Notes under the pieces: model-generated
What the model saw: only the letters and a program-made list of their open reading frames with translations
Database searches by the model: none
Told to the model about the DNA's origin: nothing
Shown here: piece after piece, positions 9,849-21,582 of the stretch
Layout of the letters: every line of letters starts with the position of its first letter
Numbering within the stretch: the first letter of the stretch is position 1
Origin: Candidatus Kapaibacterium sp.
GTDB lineage: Bacteria > Bacteroidota > Ignavibacteria > Kapaibacteriales > UBA2268
Assembly (NCBI GenBank): GCA_963664875.1
Contig: OY761611.1
Span: forward strand, 2,208,001 to 2,272,000
DNA: 64,000 bases
Direction of reading: 5' to 3'
Made by a program: the position numbers and the translations under genes

Positions 9849-11291
9849 ATGAGATATAAAATAATAATAAGGATTTTGGGCTTTATTACAATGTTTTTGG
9901 GAGCATCTATGCTCCTTTCTCTGCCTTTTTCGTTTTATTACGGCAGCAACGACATAATCCCTATTTCTTTAAGTGCAGCAATTACAATGGTAATCGGAGC
10001 ACTTGGTTTTTTCCTTTTTAAATCGAAGCAGGAAGTACGCCCCAAAGAAGGCTTTATGATAGTCGCTCTTGGGTGGATAGTTTTTTCTGCACTGGGTTCA
10101 TTGCCATATATGCTCGGAAACTATATTCCTCCTTTTACAGATGCTTTTTTTGAAACCATGTCCGGTTTTACAACAACCGGAGCTACTATATTAACCGATA
10201 TAGAAATCTTGCCGGAAGGCATACTTTTTTGGCGAAGTTTTACTCACTGGCTTGGCGGTATGGGAATTATCGTGCTTGGCATTGCAATATTGCCTTTGCT
10301 CGGCGTGGGCGGTATGCAGCTTTTTAAGGCAGAAGTACCCGGACCGATAGCAGACAAACTCACCCCTCGCGTTACAGAAACAGCCAAAATATTATGGATA
10401 GTTTATGTTCTGCTTACAGCAATAGAAACAGCACTTTTGATGATAGGCGGTATGAATTTACATCAGTCACTATGCCACACATTTGGCACGATGGCAACCG
10501 GAGGTTACTCTACCTTAAACAAAAGCGTTGGTGGTTTCGATTCCGCTTATATTGACTATGTGATAATTATCTTTATGATTTTGGCAGGTATGAATTTTTC
10601 TTTGCATTACCGTATGCTAAAAGGCAATGTCAAAGAGATGTTTATAAATCGCGAAAGTCAGTTTTACTTCGCAATCATAGGCTTTGCTACTTTAGTAATC
10701 GGAATAGATACATATATAAATAATTACTCTTCAATACTTGAAACTCTCAGATATACATTATTTCAAGTAGTCTCAATAATTACTACTACCGGCTTCGGAA
10801 CTGCTGATTATGAGCAATGGTCTATCAGCTCGCAGTTAGTATTGTTTCTGCTTATGTTTATAGGTGGCATGGCGGGTTCTACAGGTGGCGGTATGAAAGT
10901 AATGCGTATATACCTTTTATTCAAATTTGTGTATGCAGAAATAGTCCGATTGGTTCACCCGCAGGCAATAGTCCCTGTTAGGATGGGAAACATAACTGTC
11001 AATCGCGATGTAATGATGAATGTACTTGGCTTTTTTGTGTTATATATGCTGATAGCAGCATTTTCTTCGCTTTATTTATCATTCTATGAAATCGATATTG
11101 CGACTTCCATAGGAGCAGTTGCAGCGACTCTAAACAATATAGGTCCCGGTTTGGAGTTGGTAGGTCCTACTGATAATTATGCTTTTTTACCAAGTCCTGT
11201 TAAGTGGCATTTATCTTTTTTGATGCTATTGGGGAGATTGGAAGTATATACGGTAGTGATATTATTAGCACCTTCATTCTGGCAGAAATAA
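9849..11291 (+). CDS. trkH: Trk system potassium uptake protein TrkH
   Basis: FETMSGFTTTGAT, WLGGMG, TTTGF, GSTGGG and LMLLGRLE motifs; multi-TM. Confidence 0.95.
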   Translation: MRYKIIIRILGFITMFLGASMLLSLPFSFYYGSNDIIPISLSAAITMVIGALGFFLFKSKQEVRPKEGFMIVALGWIVFSALGSLPYMLGNYIPPFTDAFFETMSGFTTTGATILTDIEILPEGILFWRSFTHWLGGMGIIVLGIAILPLLGVGGMQLFKAEVPGPIADKLTPRVTETAKILWIVYVLLTAIETALLMIGGMNLHQSLCHTFGTMATGGYSTLNKSVGGFDSAYIDYVIIIFMILAGMNFSLHYRMLKGNVKEMFINRESQFYFAIIGFATLVIGIDTYINNYSSILETLRYTLFQVVSIITTTGFGTADYEQWSISSQLVLFLLMFIGGMAGSTGGGMKVMRIYLLFKFVYAEIVRLVHPQAIVPVRMGNITVNRDVMMNVLGFFVLYMLIAAFSSLYLSFYEIDIATSIGAVAATLNNIGPGLELVGPTDNYAFLPSPVKWHLSFLMLLGRLEVYTVVILLAPSFWQK

Positions 11292-11349
11292 TTTTGAAGA
11301 TGGTATTGTCTCCAATATTTGTATTGGGGTAAATAACATATAATACAAA

Positions 11350-11389
11350 GTGCACCATCAGAAGCAATTTTTTGTTTAAAATGGTGCAC
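11350..11389. terminator. Hairpin between convergent trkH and rsmB
   Basis: gtgcaccat...atggtgcac inverted repeat. Confidence 0.45.
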
Positions 11390-11418
11390 ATTTAATTCCT
11401 TTCTCTTTGTAAAATATC

Positions 11419-12792
11419 TTAAGATATTCTTACAAACCTAACTCCGAACGCACCGTCTATACCATGGATATGAGGGAATGTCTGGAGCATGCCGTCTTTA
11501 CAGTATCTTTCCGGCAAATAGTTTTCTGCAGAGTCTAATTCGAAATTTGGAAATTTTTCGAGAAACCATTTTGCTATGTCTGTATTTTCTTCAGGCTCTA
11601 TCGTACAAGTTGAGTAAACAAGGGCTCCGCCTACTTTGACAAGTTCTGCTGCATTTTGTAAAATAGATTTTTGCAGATTGGCAATTTTTTTCAAATCATC
11701 TATATCTCTTGCCCATTTAATGTCGGGCTTTTTGGATATAATCCCAAATCCTGAGCAAGGAGCATCGCAAATTACTACATCTGCTTTTTCATCAGACTTG
11801 TATGTTTCAGCATCAGCTTCCATAGCTTCTATGATATCAAAGCCTAATCTTTCTTTTCCGTAATTGATAATTGCAAGTTTTGATTCATACTTATCAAAAG
11901 CAACAACCCTACCTTGATTTTGCATCATTTCCGCAATGTAAAAGGACTTCCCACCTGGAGCAGCACACAAATCATAGACCAAATCTCCTGATTTTGCATT
12001 TGTCAGCTTTGAAGCTAAAGTAGCACTTGGATCCTGAATAGATATTTTCCCTGTTTTGTATAAGTCAGTAGAAGTAATGTCAAATTTTGTATTATAGACA
12101 TAAATAGAGCAATCCATGTCAGGAATTTTTTCATACTCAAGTTCATGCACGTCAAATAATTGCAAAATATCTTCCACGTCAGCACGCATCATATTTACAC
12201 GCACGGAGACTGGAGGGTGTTCATTGCTTCTAATCAGTAACTTTTCTGTTTCTTCTTCGCCAAATCTTTCCATCCATCTCTTGACCATCCACTTTTGGTG
12301 CGAATGAAGTATTGCATAGTAATATGTTCGGTCATCTTCTATGTTAGGGTATCTGATATTGTGCAGATTGCGAGCTATGTTTCTAAGAACACCGTTTACA
12401 ATTGCAGCAGTTTTTTCGCCTTGGATTTGCTTGACAATTTCTACAGATTCGAATATTGCTGCCGGAATAGGAATTCTATCCATAAACATTATCTGATATA
12501 ATCCAACACGCATGGCATTTTTGACTATATTCAAACATTTTTGATACTCACCGTGATAAAAACCAATAAGCACCCAGTCGAGTTTAGCTTTCCATCTCAC
12601 GATACCATTGACAAGCTCAGTAAGCAAAGCTTTATCTCGGGGCTCTAAACCACCACTTTTTAGCTCATTATTCAAAAGTTTATCAATATATGCATCACTT
12701 CGTTCGTATCTATTTAAAATCTTCACTGCTTTATATCGTGGAGTTTTTTTGTAGCTACCGGGTGAAATATTTTGTTCGTTAGTTGTAACCAT
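11419..12792 (-). CDS. rsmB: 16S rRNA m5C967 methyltransferase RsmB/Sun (NusB-like N-terminal domain)
   Basis: DLCAAPGGKS, DAPCSG and YSTCT..PEEN motifs; N-terminal NusB-like region (VNGVLRN). Confidence 0.93.
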   Translation of the reverse strand: MVTTNEQNISPGSYKKTPRYKAVKILNRYERSDAYIDKLLNNELKSGGLEPRDKALLTELVNGIVRWKAKLDWVLIGFYHGEYQKCLNIVKNAMRVGLYQIMFMDRIPIPAAIFESVEIVKQIQGEKTAAIVNGVLRNIARNLHNIRYPNIEDDRTYYYAILHSHQKWMVKRWMERFGEEETEKLLIRSNEHPPVSVRVNMMRADVEDILQLFDVHELEYEKIPDMDCSIYVYNTKFDITSTDLYKTGKISIQDPSATLASKLTNAKSGDLVYDLCAAPGGKSFYIAEMMQNQGRVVAFDKYESKLAIINYGKERLGFDIIEAMEADAETYKSDEKADVVICDAPCSGFGIISKKPDIKWARDIDDLKKIANLQKSILQNAAELVKVGGALVYSTCTIEPEENTDIAKWFLEKFPNFELDSAENYLPERYCKDGMLQTFPHIHGIDGAFGVRFVRIS

Positions 12793-12901
12793 TTTAAGAC
12801 TAATTTGTATATTTATAATAATAGTGTCAAAAGTAAAAGAATTTGACTAAAGTTTTTAGTTTTGAGGTAAATTTAATAGTAAATACTTAACGGAAATAAT
12901 T

Positions 12902-13696
12902 ATGCGTTTATTGTCTATCGCTGTTGCTTTTTTATTCTTTTATAGTCTGCTTCCGGCTCAAACAAGAACTGATGTAGATTTTAAGCTCACACCTCTAACC
13001 CTAAAAGATGATCGCCCGCAACAAGATTACGGCTTTATTCTCGGATTGGGGCAGACCTTTCAAACAGGCGAGCAGTATGCTGCATGCCCGGAATGTCGAT
13101 TTAAAGGAGGAGCAGGATTTTCTTTTTCTTTGGGTATGCTATACGAGTGGGAAATATTCAGAGGTATCAGACTCGGGGCTCTTGGTGTCTATAATGATTT
13201 CAGTTTTCTTTCCAAATTTCAGGAAACGGAAATGCTACACGACCCTGAATCAGGAGCAGTACTCCCGTTTGAATTTTTCCATGAGGGACATTTCAAATTG
13301 AATTCTCTGATAGTTGCTCCATATACAAAATTTTACCCTTGGGATTTTGTTTTTTTCAGAATGGGATTGCCGATTTCGTATATTTTTTCAAATAATTTTA
13401 AACATGATAAAATCTTAGTTAGCCGCAGTATTAGCCAAAACGGAATAACTTATGCGGTCAAAGCAGAAGATACAACAGTAGAAGATGGTGAAATCATAGG
13501 TCTGAATCAAATTCAGATATTTTTATCTACTGCACTTGGCTTTGATTTTAGATTATCCAAAAACATCTACCTTTCTCCAATTTTTGAATATTACATACCA
13601 TTTACAGAATTGAGCTCGAATGGAGATGCCTCAAAAATAAACAACTGGAAAATCAACTTTGAACTCAGAGTCGCTTTAAAAGAGCGTAGCCGTTAG
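12902..13696 (+). CDS. Outer-membrane beta-barrel protein (PorT/OMP_b-brl-like)
   Basis: Signal peptide; alternating aromatic/hydrophobic strands (GFSFSLGMLYEW, LGFDFRL, YLSPIFEYYIPF). Confidence 0.6.
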   Translation: MRLLSIAVAFLFFYSLLPAQTRTDVDFKLTPLTLKDDRPQQDYGFILGLGQTFQTGEQYAACPECRFKGGAGFSFSLGMLYEWEIFRGIRLGALGVYNDFSFLSKFQETEMLHDPESGAVLPFEFFHEGHFKLNSLIVAPYTKFYPWDFVFFRMGLPISYIFSNNFKHDKILVSRSISQNGITYAVKAEDTTVEDGEIIGLNQIQIFLSTALGFDFRLSKNIYLSPIFEYYIPFTELSSNGDASKINNWKINFELRVALKERSR

Positions 13697-14091
13697 CTAA
13701 TTGAACCAACAGAATAAAATACTTGCCTATTAAGGAGTTATTATCTAAATTAACCCTTAGGTAAGTGCATAATTTTACAGCCTTGCACTTTTGATATTAT
13801 GTTTTACATAAGTTATATTTTTACTATTTGTTTTTTTTAGTGAAAATATTTATGTAAATTATAGTAATTCGATACAAAATTGCTATATGTATATATTTAA
13901 ATTATTTTACAAGGGGTGCAGATAGGGAACTTGCTACACAATTCTTCCAATTAAAAATTCAAATTGACATTTTAGTCTTGAATGCCGGTCAGTTGGGCAA
14001 TTCCTTATACGCATATACCCTATTGTAGTTACATTGCTATTACTATAGAAAATGAACATATAATATTAAAAAACAAAATGGGTAGGAACTT

Positions 14092-16722
14092 ATGCGAGGT
14101 TTATTTACAAACTCCGTTTTTGCAATTATCTTGATTGCTATATTTGGTTTGCATAGTTACGAAGCCAAAGCTACAAAAAACACTGAAGCCACATCTACAA
14201 TCTACTGTATCACATTAGATAATGGCGACGAAGAAACAGGCGATATTTTTAGTAATAAAAATATCCGAATTATTAACTTAGGTCCCGGTGTGAACTCAAG
14301 CAGATTTGACTATGCACCTACTATCAGTGCAGACGGTAAAACTATTTACTTTGTTTCAGACAGAAAAGGTTCTACTCCTTTTATCTCTGATCCTGACAGA
14401 GTTTCTCACGACTTTTGGGCTGTGAAAAAGCAGCATCGCAATGATACTACTTTTTCTGAGCCTTATAATATCGATCCTAATTCAGAATTCGGCGATCAGG
14501 GTGTAAATACGAGATACCACGAAGGTGTTGCTTCTATAGCTGCCGATGGTCAAACTTTGTATTTCGCAGCGTCAAACAGATCAGATGGTCTCGGCGATTC
14601 AGATCTTTATCTTTCTCGCATCGAAGGTGATAAATGGACTCGTCCAGTAAACTTAGGCAAAAATGTTAATACTAAATATACCGAAACGATGCCTTCGATT
14701 GCTCCTGACCAGTCTAAATTGTTCTTCGCTTCTGATAGACCTTTGCCTGGTGAAGAAGACAGACAGGACAACACAAATTTGTGGTACTCAGATTATGACT
14801 TTGATATGGAAGAGTGGCTCCCTGCAAAAGTTTTGACAGAATTGAACACTGAAGATTTTGACGAAGCTCCTTTTATTGCAGCTGACAACCAAACTTTGTT
14901 TTTCTCGTCAGATGGCAGAGATGACTCAAAAGGCGGAAAAGATTTCTATATGACTAAATGGGATCCGGTTTCTAAAAAATGGTCAACACCAAGAAACCTC
15001 GGAGAGCCTATCAATAGTGAAGATAACGAATTGTTTATTACAATGCCTGCCTCAGGCGACATTATCTATTTTACTTCTGACCGCGAAGATATCAAAGGTT
15101 ATCAGGGATCTTTAGATAACTACATGGCTTTTGTGCCAACTTTCTTCAGAAACGTGTCATTGACAGGTACAGTAGCTGATGAATGTTCTGACGAATTTAT
15201 TCCGGCAGTTATCTCTGTTAAAAATCCTATTACAGGTAAAATTTTCAAAGACAGCTTAAACGAATCTCATGCTGAATTTTCTATGGTAGTTACTAATGAT
15301 GCTTTTGGCGATCCAAGAGACTCTGTCAAATACATTGATTATGAAATCACTGCTACACACCCTAAATATGGTTCAAAAACTATAGTGCAGAGAGTAGAAA
15401 AACCAACAGTAACTCAAGATCAGTCTAAAGCAGGCGAAGTTGTAGAAACTTATCCGACTAAAGTTACATTAGGTCAAAGACCTGTGGTATCTTCATTGAT
15501 AGACGAAGCAGAATATATTGCTCAAATCAAAGCTGTACAGCCTGAATTTATTAACTGGCGTGGGCTTGTGATGTCTGAGGTTCTATCTTGGAACTTGTAT
15601 CCGCTCCTTAATTATGTATTCTTCGATGAAGGCAGCTCAGAATTGCCAAGCAGATACAAAACTCTTTCTAAAGCTCAGACTTCTATGTTTAGCGATACAA
15701 CTATCCCGGGCGGAACTTTAGATAAATATTACCACATTTTGAACATTTACGGTTTCCGTCTTAACAAGCACCCTGAAGTGAAAATTACTGTATTGGGTAC
15801 TAACGACAACAAATCAGAAAAAGAAAAAGGTAACACAAACCTATCAAAAGCTCGTGCTACTTTAGTATATAACTACCTTAGAGACGTTTGGGGAATCAGC
15901 GAAGAAAGAATGAAGTTAGAATTTACTAACCTTTCTCCTAACGCTTCTCAAACAAAAGTAAGCGATGACAGAGACTTGGCTGATGAAGAAAACAGACGCG
16001 TAGAACTTTTAACTGACGAATGGGAAGTTAAAAAACCTGTATTTGAAACTGATCCTAAAATCTATCCTCAGCCTGAGTTGATGAAATTTAAACTTGAAAA
16101 CGGTATAGAAGATGCAATCGTTGCAAACAGAAGATTGGAAGTTACTCGTGGTGGCAAACCTTGGAATACTTTCACTGAAATCGGTACTACAGAAGGCGAA
16201 TACGTTTGGAACTGGCAAAACACAGATTTGGAATACCCAACTGACGAAGTTCCTTTCACAGCACAGTTGATTGTAACTACTAAATCAGGTGCAGAATGTA
16301 AATCTGACCCGATTAATATACCGGTTAAACAGGTATCTTCTCGCGAACGTATCGTAACAACCGGCTCTGACTCAACAGACGAAAAATATTCATTGATTCT
16401 CTTCCCGTTCAACAGATTTGATGCAGGTCCGTTCAACGAAAGAATCTTGAAAGATTATGTTTATAACCGTGTAACTCCTGAATCTAAAGTAACTGTAATT
16501 GGTCACACAGACGTTGTTGGTCTTGAAAATCACAACCAAAAATTATCTGAAAGACGTGCGAATACAGTATCTACCGGTATCAAACAAAAATCTAAACAAA
16601 TTGGCGAACTTAATTCAGTAGGTGTTGGCGAATCTGCCCCACTTTACCCTAATGAATTACCTGAAGGTCGCTTGTACAACCGTACAATCCAAGTGTTGAT
16701 TAAAACTCCTCTTAAACAATAA
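14092..16722 (+). CDS. PD40 (WD40-like) beta-propeller + tandem OmpA-like domains (PorE-like)
   Basis: Repeated NLG..VNS..D..P.ISADG..(I/L)YF.SDR PD40 units; internal OmpA-like domain (YVFFD...LSKARA...ENRRVE); C-terminal OmpA (VIGHTDVVG...LSERRA...NRTI). Confidence 0.85.
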   Translation: MRGLFTNSVFAIILIAIFGLHSYEAKATKNTEATSTIYCITLDNGDEETGDIFSNKNIRIINLGPGVNSSRFDYAPTISADGKTIYFVSDRKGSTPFISDPDRVSHDFWAVKKQHRNDTTFSEPYNIDPNSEFGDQGVNTRYHEGVASIAADGQTLYFAASNRSDGLGDSDLYLSRIEGDKWTRPVNLGKNVNTKYTETMPSIAPDQSKLFFASDRPLPGEEDRQDNTNLWYSDYDFDMEEWLPAKVLTELNTEDFDEAPFIAADNQTLFFSSDGRDDSKGGKDFYMTKWDPVSKKWSTPRNLGEPINSEDNELFITMPASGDIIYFTSDREDIKGYQGSLDNYMAFVPTFFRNVSLTGTVADECSDEFIPAVISVKNPITGKIFKDSLNESHAEFSMVVTNDAFGDPRDSVKYIDYEITATHPKYGSKTIVQRVEKPTVTQDQSKAGEVVETYPTKVTLGQRPVVSSLIDEAEYIAQIKAVQPEFINWRGLVMSEVLSWNLYPLLNYVFFDEGSSELPSRYKTLSKAQTSMFSDTTIPGGTLDKYYHILNIYGFRLNKHPEVKITVLGTNDNKSEKEKGNTNLSKARATLVYNYLRDVWGISEERMKLEFTNLSPNASQTKVSDDRDLADEENRRVELLTDEWEVKKPVFETDPKIYPQPELMKFKLENGIEDAIVANRRLEVTRGGKPWNTFTEIGTTEGEYVWNWQNTDLEYPTDEVPFTAQLIVTTKSGAECKSDPINIPVKQVSSRERIVTTGSDSTDEKYSLILFPFNRFDAGPFNERILKDYVYNRVTPESKVTVIGHTDVVGLENHNQKLSERRANTVSTGIKQKSKQIGELNSVGVGESAPLYPNELPEGRLYNRTIQVLIKTPLKQ

Positions 16723-16750
16723 AAGTTTACGCAGGACATATTTAGCTGAG

Positions 16751-16783
16751 ACACTCTGCTCGAAAGGGCAGAGTGTTTTTTTT
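16751..16783 (+). terminator. Rho-independent terminator
   Basis: acactctgctcgaaagggcagagtgt stem-loop followed by a T run. Confidence 0.85.
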
Positions 16784-17163
16784 ATATACAATACTGACCC
16801 TTCCTAAATGTGGAATATAGCTTCCATTTGCAATTGAATAGATATTGCCTATGATTCGAGATAATAATTGAATACGCTATTGGAATTTTATCTTGTATAA
16901 TGCCAAGTATTTGTACTTTACTTCTGCTTTGCTATGCATAATCTTTCAGATCATCCTTCTTTTCTTTTTCCAAAGAAGCAATAAGTAATCTTTTTAACAC
17001 TGTAAATTTTAGTATATTTTAAACAAAGGCAGAACACAATATCATTAAAATTGCTCTAGTAATATTTTTGGAAAAGCACAACACAAAAATAAAGGCTGCT
17101 CACATAATACAGAACAGCCTATAATTCCTATATGAATTTGCTTGTCAATATAAAAAAAACAAT

Positions 17164-20100
17164 CTAAGGATTTAGATACCTGCCTCCTTTGCTGTAATTT
17201 TCTTTGCTTTTATTTCCCTGGCCTTGGGTATTGATTTTAAACTGATTGACTACTACATTCAGCTGAGAAGTGTAGTCAGTCATTCTGTTTGCTGCTTCTG
17301 CAATGTAAGATATTTGCTCAGATGTTTCCTGCGAGACGCTGCTGATACCGGTAATATTTTTTGCAACCTGTGCAGTCGTAGAAGATTGTTCATCGCTTGC
17401 AGCTGCAATGTGCATAATCATTTCTATAAGCTGGTTAGTACTTTGTACGATATCAGAAAGAGACTCCCCTGCCTCATCCGCAAACTTGATACCTAATTTT
17501 ACTTCTTCGTTTCCTTTATTCATAGTAGAAACAGCTGCTTGAGTTTCTTCCTGTACACCCTTTATCATGACAGATATCTGTTTTGTAGCATCAGTAGTGC
17601 GTTCTGCCAATTTTCGTACTTCATCGGCAACAACGGCGAAACCTCTTCCCTGCTCGCCTGCTCTGGCAGCTTCTATTGCTGCATTGAGAGCAAGAAGATT
17701 TGTTTGATCTGCTATTTCTTCGATTACTGCAATAATTTGACCGATTTGCTTTCCTGATTCTCCCAATTTTTGAATATTCTGAGCAGATTGGCTTACAACT
17801 CCGGCAATATCCTGCATTTTGGTAACGGTTTGTGATACAATTTTCCTACCTTCTGAGGCAATATTTCCGTTGGTTTTAGCAACATCAGAAGTATTAGCTG
17901 CATTATCTGCATTTTCTATAACTGTACGAGCCATTTCTTCCATAGCAGCAGCTATCTCCTCAGCTTGAGAAGTTTGCATTTGCGAAGCAGAAGCTACAGA
18001 GCTTGAATTAGCACTAATTTCGTTTGAAGCATCCGACACAGCATTAACAACTTCGATAACGTTAAGAATCAGATCTTGAAGAGAAGAGCCAAGTTTATTG
18101 ATGTTTCGACTAAGTTCGTCGAACTCACCGGAATAAAGTCCTTGCATCCTGACTGTAAGATCGCCTGAAGCAAGACTTCCAAGGACGTTTCCTGCTTCAT
18201 GCAAAGGAGCTGCCATAGCATCCATGATATTATTCATGCCCTCAATCATAAACTGCCAGTTGCCAAGGTATTTATCGGATGCAGCCCGCTTATCGAGTTC
18301 ACCATTTATAGAAGATTGTGTTTGAAATTTAATATCTTCAGCAAAATTTTCAATGACATTTAGACAGTCATTTATATTATCCGCCATCACTTTATATTCG
18401 CCAAGAAACTGCTCTTCGATTTTTGAGAAATGCTCACCTTTACTTGTAGCGTCAGCAAAAGCAGCAGCAATTCGAAGGGGTTTGACGAGATTATCGATAC
18501 TTTTATTCAATTCAATTATTACTTGTTTGAATTCGCCATTGTGCTGTTCAGTATCAGCCCTTTCATCTAACTTTCCTTCTGCGGCACTTACAGAAATCCG
18601 GGTAGCATCCGAAACAAGCATTTGTATCGATTGTATCATTTTTACAAAAGCAGGTATAAGTTCGTCATTTTGGCTCCTCTTACCTATTGTAACCAGATGC
18701 TCAAGGTCTTCGAGCTTGCCGTTACTAACGTTTCGGGCTATTTGCAATATTTGGCGAAGTCCTTCAATTACTTCTTTAGTGTGTTGCTGCTGTTCAAGCC
18801 AAATACCGGTGTAACCTTTTTCGAGTGTGATATCGTAATCGTTTTTTGAGATATTTAATAGAATGGAATTCATCGCATTAACAGGCTTTGCGACAGACTC
18901 TTTCATATTATTTAAGCCTTCGACAAGCTCTTTCCAGCCATTTCTGAACTTATTAGTGTCGCAACTATAGCTCAAATTCCCATTCCGAATTTCTGATGCA
19001 AGCAAATCCAATTCCGATACAACATTGAGCAGATTATCCCTAAGAAGATCACACCTCTCGTTTGCCAGTACTTGCTTGCCAGGAAGCTTTTTAAGTACAG
19101 GAGCAAAGTTGCCCTCCGCATACTCTTTGATAATGTCGAGTATCAATAATTCATTTTGTACATGTATCAAAACGGATTTGTTAACACCATCAGCCATTGT
19201 CTGATAAGCTCCCTGAAACTTAGAAACATCGATAGTAAACTCTATGTCGCCGGCAAGGTGCAGATTGTACATTTGCTGCATACTTTCAATAAATTCGTTT
19301 AGGTTGCTAATGAGCTGATTCAAATTCAATTTGATAAGATTAAAATCACCTTTGTACTCTTCAGCTATAAGATCAGGAATATTGCCATGCGAAATCATAT
19401 CAACGTAATCTGCAGTCACTTTAAGCGGAGTAATTACAGAGTCTAATGTGATATTTACTCCCGTAGCTATTTCTTTAAATGCTCCACGGAATTTGTTTTC
19501 CTCAAGCCTAGTAGCTAAACTACCATTACTCACAGCTTTGGAAACTTGATTCAATTCATTGATTACAAGAAGCAGAGAGTCTCTCAAAACATCTAATTTT
19601 TCGTTAGCCTCAGCCTGATTGCCCGGTAATTTTTCCATTACAACAGAGAAATCCCCAACAGAATAAGCACTAAGCACACTTAGCATTTTTCTTACATTAT
19701 TGATGTGAATATTTGCAATATTATTCACACCTGAAGCCATACTTGCAAAGACACCTGTGTAGCTCTGGGAATCAATTGTGTGGTCAGAGTTGCCTTCCTT
19801 TTGGGCATTATACATAGCGGTCATATCAGCTACAAATAAATCAAGATTTTGAATTAGCTTATTGATATTGTTTTTGATTTCGTTGTAATCACCTAAATAT
19901 TCCTCTTCAATGATATGAGGAATATCACCTTTAGAAATTCTGTCGATATACTCAGCCGTAATATTAAGTGGCTTTATTACTGCATCGAGAGTATGATTAA
20001 GTCCCTGAATAATTTCTTTGAATTCTCCTGCAAACTTATCAGTCATGCCACGCTTATCTAACCTACCTTCGATAGTTGCTTCAGTAACTTGTTTAATTTC

Positions 20101-21261
20101 TGCGGTAATTGACTTAATAGTCATTTGCATGGTACTAAATGACCTGGCGAGTATTGCAATTTCATCTTCCGATTGCTTGTTTAAGAATAATTCAAATGGA
20201 GAGTTTGCAGAAAAATATTCAAAATTCCCTGCAGTTAGTGCGGTATTTGCTTCAAGAAGTACTTTCAGCCTCTTTGAAACCAATCGGTTAATAATAATCA
20301 GAAGTGCGACTCCCAGTAATAACAGAATGCTGTAAATTATTATTATGATTCTATCAATCGAGGCAAACTGCAGAGAAAGATTTTTACTTAAAACGATAAA
20401 GCCAACTACGCTGCCGGAGTAGTCAAGCATCGGGATGTAACTCATTGCAGTTTCGCCCGACAGAACAGTCTCAATGCCTTTGCTTGTGACTAATTTCTCA
20501 GCTAACTTTTCGTCGAATAGCTTTGATGGAGAAACAGTGCTGTTTTCTACCTTTGAGATATAGTAATTTCCTTTTGTGCCTTCGTAAGCATCTTTGAGCT
20601 GTTCTTCCAAAAACAAGGTTTCAGCCAAATCTTTATTTACAACGTAAAAATTATTGAACAAAGTATCGCCAGCAGTAACAAGAGGCAATATATCAAATGG
20701 ATTAAAAAACAACTCAACAGAACCAAGATATTCGCTACTATCAATTATAGGAACGATACTTCTTATCGCTACGCCTCCTCTGCCAATTTCCGTAGCTTTA
20801 AGGCTTTGTTTAGTCTCAGCAACTCTAAGGATAGTATGCCTAAAGGAACTTAGATCATCGAATCTTTTCTTTGACCATAGTCTAAGAAGACTTTTGGCAG
20901 GTGGTCTGTGAAAATGGAGTCTTAGGATGTCTCCTTCATTTGCAGCTCCTATGGAATTGCTTAGTGGTAGGGCATAGTCGGTAAGTAGCTGAGCTGCCGT
21001 TTCATCATCTAATTTATACGCTTCCTTTACTCTCGGGTCATCGGCTATAAAGGTGAGAGTCTCGAGTGTCTTGCTTTGCATATTAGCCATAAGTGCCGCA
21101 AGCTGGTTTGATGCCTTGTCGGTTTCTCTTAATACTTCCGATTCGATTTGTTTTCCCATATTATCGCGAATCAACCAACCACTCAAAAAGAGGAGGACGA
21201 TAAAAAATGGAGCAAGCATAAAGAGGATTTTCAAAGAAATCCGGTTAATTTTAAAAATCAT
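17164..21261 (-). CDS. Methyl-accepting chemotaxis protein, Cache-type sensor + poly-HAMP
   Basis: TM-periplasmic domain (LHFH..PAKSLLR, dCache_3-like)-TM, ~700 aa of HAMP-like repeats, signalling motif [38 protein letters not shown]; likely start MIFKINR. Confidence 0.92.
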   Translation of the reverse strand: MIFKINRISLKILFMLAPFFIVLLFLSGWLIRDNMGKQIESEVLRETDKASNQLAALMANMQSKTLETLTFIADDPRVKEAYKLDDETAAQLLTDYALPLSNSIGAANEGDILRLHFHRPPAKSLLRLWSKKRFDDLSSFRHTILRVAETKQSLKATEIGRGGVAIRSIVPIIDSSEYLGSVELFFNPFDILPLVTAGDTLFNNFYVVNKDLAETLFLEEQLKDAYEGTKGNYYISKVENSTVSPSKLFDEKLAEKLVTSKGIETVLSGETAMSYIPMLDYSGSVVGFIVLSKNLSLQFASIDRIIIIIYSILLLLGVALLIIINRLVSKRLKVLLEANTALTAGNFEYFSANSPFELFLNKQSEDEIAILARSFSTMQMTIKSITAEIKQVTEATIEGRLDKRGMTDKFAGEFKEIIQGLNHTLDAVIKPLNITAEYIDRISKGDIPHIIEEEYLGDYNEIKNNINKLIQNLDLFVADMTAMYNAQKEGNSDHTIDSQSYTGVFASMASGVNNIANIHINNVRKMLSVLSAYSVGDFSVVMEKLPGNQAEANEKLDVLRDSLLLVINELNQVSKAVSNGSLATRLEENKFRGAFKEIATGVNITLDSVITPLKVTADYVDMISHGNIPDLIAEEYKGDFNLIKLNLNQLISNLNEFIESMQQMYNLHLAGDIEFTIDVSKFQGAYQTMADGVNKSVLIHVQNELLILDIIKEYAEGNFAPVLKKLPGKQVLANERCDLLRDNLLNVVSELDLLASEIRNGNLSYSCDTNKFRNGWKELVEGLNNMKESVAKPVNAMNSILLNISKNDYDITLEKGYTGIWLEQQQHTKEVIEGLRQILQIARNVSNGKLEDLEHLVTIGKRSQNDELIPAFVKMIQSIQMLVSDATRISVSAAEGKLDERADTEQHNGEFKQVIIELNKSIDNLVKPLRIAAAFADATSKGEHFSKIEEQFLGEYKVMADNINDCLNVIENFAEDIKFQTQSSINGELDKRAASDKYLGNWQFMIEGMNNIMDAMAAPLHEAGNVLGSLASGDLTVRMQGLYSGEFDELSRNINKLGSSLQDLILNVIEVVNAVSDASNEISANSSSVASASQMQTSQAEEIAAAMEEMARTVIENADNAANTSDVAKTNGNIASEGRKIVSQTVTKMQDIAGVVSQSAQNIQKLGESGKQIGQIIAVIEEIADQTNLLALNAAIEAARAGEQGRGFAVVADEVRKLAERTTDATKQISVMIKGVQEETQAAVSTMNKGNEEVKLGIKFADEAGESLSDIVQSTNQLIEMIMHIAAASDEQSSTTAQVAKNITGISSVSQETSEQISYIAEAANRMTDYTSQLNVVVNQFKINTQGQGNKSKENYSKGGRYLNP

Positions 21262-21582
21262 TATCAACCCCTTAAATTGTAATAGAAGCATTATCTATAA
21301 GAAGGATGAATAGAATATTTGTTTTTATCTCATCCGATAACAAATGATGCAATACTTTCATCTATCTGTTGTTTATATATAAAGACTTATTTTTTGGTAA
21401 AGCAAATAAAAGGAAAATTATTTGTTTTAAGTTTATGAGCCTTCGTATTGAAAAGTCCCTTATAATATAATTCTATAAGAGAACTAATAGTCTATTACTA
21501 TATTTATTTTGTTTCAAATTATGTCAATTATGACTATATTTGATTTGTAACTGTCTATCACATGTTTTTTTTAGGAGCATTT

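Noticed and set aside
11331-11358. Chromosomal dif site (taacata...tgcacc resemblance)
   Set aside because: Spacing and the XerC arm do not match; the sequence is better explained as part of the trkH/rsmB hairpin
16790-17040. Possible gene remnant between the OmpA gene and MCP terminators
   Set aside because: Only short interrupted frames with no recognisable homology by eye
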